From: Emiliania huxleyi CCMP1516 | Lineage: Eukaryota | Length of the DNA: 64,000 nucleotides | NCBI RefSeq assembly: GCF_000372725.1 | Contig: NW_005202428.1 | Coordinates: forward strand, 62,001 to 126,000 | Reading direction: 5' to 3' | Shown: positions 61,985 to 64,000 of the stretch, one piece after another | Numbering within the stretch: the first letter of the stretch is position 1 | How the letters are laid out: every line of letters starts with the position of its first letter | Translations under genes and position numbers: made by a program | The notes under the pieces: generated by a model | The model's input: only the letters and a program-made list of their open reading frames with translations | The model's database searches: none | Told to the model about the DNA's origin: nothing

Positions 61985-62403
61985 GACCCCCGCCGCCCTT
62001 GAGCGTGCCGGCGCGGATCACCGTCCACTCGACGCCCGCGGCGCCGCTCATCCTCGCGACCTCCGCCTCCATCGCCTTATAGCTCGCCACCGCTTGTGCT
62101 TTGGGGGCCCAGTCTTTTCTACGGCCCAGTCGTCTTGGTATGATATTGGCGGCAGAGGCGAAGAAGCCCATGCCCTCGCCGTTCAGGTAGCGGCTCATCA
62201 CGGCGACGCGCTTCAGCGCGCTGGCTGCTCGGCTGCAGGAACGTCTCGAGCACCGTCTTCCCAAAGGCGCCCTCGTTGTCGATCGCGGCGTTGAAGCTGG
62301 CGCGCGGGTCGCAGGCCTGCTCGCCGCGCGTAGCACTCGGGGGAGGCGCTCGAGCCTCGAGCGGCGCAGCTGTCGGTCAACCCCGCGGCGACCGCCGCCA
62401 CCA
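61985..62403 (-). pseudogene. Frameshifted fragment of an atypical-SDR/NAD(P)-binding protein
   Basis: LKRVAVMSRYLNGEGMGFF...YKAMEAEV...WTVIRAGTLKGGG is preceded by out-of-frame IDNEGAFGKTVLETFL and breaks off abruptly. Confidence 0.45.
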
Positions 62404-63276
62404 TTTTCCCCGTGTTTTCTTTTTGCCGCTAGCGTCTAGGCCTCGGCTACACATCTCTAGCCCACATCGCAAGGAGGAAGGAGTGCACATGGCATCGCTG
62501 CGTACATGTCGATGGGGGTGAGACTGAGAGATGGGGGGCCGCGACTATCGCAATCGCAGGTACCTTATGGACACTTTCTTCCGATGCGCGACGCCGAGGG
62601 TGGGTGTGGGTGTGGNNNNNNNNNNNNNNNNNNNNNNNNNNNNNNNNNNNNNNNNNNNNNNNNNNNNNNNNNNNNNNNNNNNNNNNNNNNNNNNNNNNNN
62701 NNNNNNNNNNNNNNNNNNNNNNNNNNNNNNNNNNNNNNNNNNNNNNNNNNNNNNNNNNNNNNNNNNNNNNNNNNNNNNNNNNNNNNNNNNNNNNNNNNNN
62801 NNNNNNNNNNNNNNNNNNNNNNNNNNNNNNNNNNNNNNNNNNNNNNNNNNNNNNNNNNNNNNNNNNNNNNNNNNNNNNNNNNNNNNNNNNNNNNNNNNNN
62901 NNNNNNNNNNNNNNNNNNNNNNNNNNNNNNNNNNNNNNNNNNNNNNNNNNNNNNNNNNNNNNNNNNNNNNNNNNNNNNNNNNNNNNNNNNNNNNNNNNNN
63001 NNNNNNNNNNNNNNNNNNNNNNNNNNNNNNNNNNNNNNNNNNNNNNNNNNNNNNNNNNNNNNNNNNNNNNNNNNNNNNNNNNTGCTCCTTGGGTTCTTGA
63101 TCTTGTTTTCGTTTTGCTAGGGGGGGAACCCGGGCGCACGCCGAACTATCCCTCGGAGAGACCCCATTAGGCCCGTAGGAACGCCGAGTCCCCGGGGCAC
63201 ACTGTCTTTATATCCGACACACGAACGCGGGGGGCTTTCTGTGCTCAGCCGGTGCCGGAGCGGAGCCGGCAGCCAC

Positions 63277-64000
63277 TCACCAATCATCGTCACTCATCTC
63301 TTCGTCGTCGTCGTCGTCCGCGGACCCGCTGTCCTCCTGTGCGCCGCCTCCGCCTCCGCCGCCGCCCGCCGCATACACGCTCACGCCGTCGCCATAGTGG
63401 ATGGTGACGCCAGCCCCTCCTTCGTCGAGGTCCTCGTTGAGGCAACGCATCTCACGCCGCAGCTTCGCCCAGCCAAACTTGCGCCCGTTCTCGGAGAGGT
63501 TGAGCACGCGCAGCGAGTCCAGGCAGCACGCCATCTGCGTGAGCATCTCCTCCGCGTCGTACTCCCCCTCGACGCACGCGTAAAAGGCCTCGTGGTGACC
63601 CGAGAGGTCGATCTGCACCAGATTGCTCAAGCCGCGGGCCATCTCGACCAGCGCGTCGCAATTCTCGGTCGCCACCTGCTCACCGTGCATGTAGTAGTTG
63701 CCCAGACAGCCGGCGAGATCGAGCACGCGGAGCTGCTCGAGGCAGCCAAGCTCACCGACCAGCGAGGGCTCGACGTCCTCACCGCTGCACACGTGCAGCG
63801 CCTTGAGAGCCGGCAGCTTCGCAAGGCACTCGTGTACATCCTCCTCGCTCAGAATCGGGCAGCGCACGCGCAAGTCGGCGAGCCGCGTGCACTGCAGGAG
63901 CTGCGCGCGCGGCAGCGTCGCGCCCGTGGGCTCGCCGACGTCGAGACGGTTGGCGAGGCGGCAGGTCGCCTCGCCCGCGTGCGCGTCGAGGATGAAGCCG
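63277..64000 (-). CDS. Leucine-rich repeat (RNI/F-box-type) protein with acidic tail, 5'-partial
   Basis: LRR units LPALKALHV, LEQLRVLDLAGC, LSNLVQIDLSG and LDSLRVLNLSEN. Confidence 0.75.
   Translation of the reverse strand, partial: GFILDAHAGEATCRLANRLDVGEPTGATLPRAQLLQCTRLADLRVRCPILSEEDVHECLAKLPALKALHVCSGEDVEPSLVGELGCLEQLRVLDLAGCLGNYYMHGEQVATENCDALVEMARGLSNLVQIDLSGHHEAFYACVEGEYDAEEMLTQMACCLDSLRVLNLSENGRKFGWAKLRREMRCLNEDLDEGGAGVTIHYGDGVSVYAAGGGGGGGGAQEDSGSADDDDDEEMSDDDW

Overview
This is GC-rich, intron-rich eukaryotic DNA with four assembly gaps. It is almost certainly from a haptophyte alga (Emiliania/Gephyrocapsa huxleyi type), judging by the GC-AG introns, 10-12 bp intronic tandem repeats and an Alma-type gene. 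The key locus is an intronless Alma-family DMSP lyase (22835-23986, Asp/Glu-racemase fold, Alma2-like). It sits head-to-head with an A-T-R carboxylic-acid-reductase-like gene whose A domain resembles oxalate-CoA ligase, and is flanked by an MFS transporter and a FkbM/Methyltransf_22 gene, which together may form a DMSP/acrylate gene cluster. Other genes are a YSL/OPT transporter, CCT5, a LisH-CTLH-WD40 protein, a KNL2/Mis18BP1-like protein (SANTA domain plus a CENP-C motif that appears only after splicing), an SGNH hydrolase, a second FkbM methyltransferase, an LRR protein and an unrecognised Cys/Pro repeat protein. There is also strong sequence evidence for an intron-generating system: many introns begin with a copy of the next exon's start, a 39-bp hairpin element supplies 3' splice sites in four unrelated genes (always in sense orientation), and a ~210-bp intron is shared by two unrelated genes. 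Several SINE-like dispersed repeats and orphan gene fragments fill the intergenic space. Exon boundaries were inferred by eye and family calls come from recalled motifs, not database searches.
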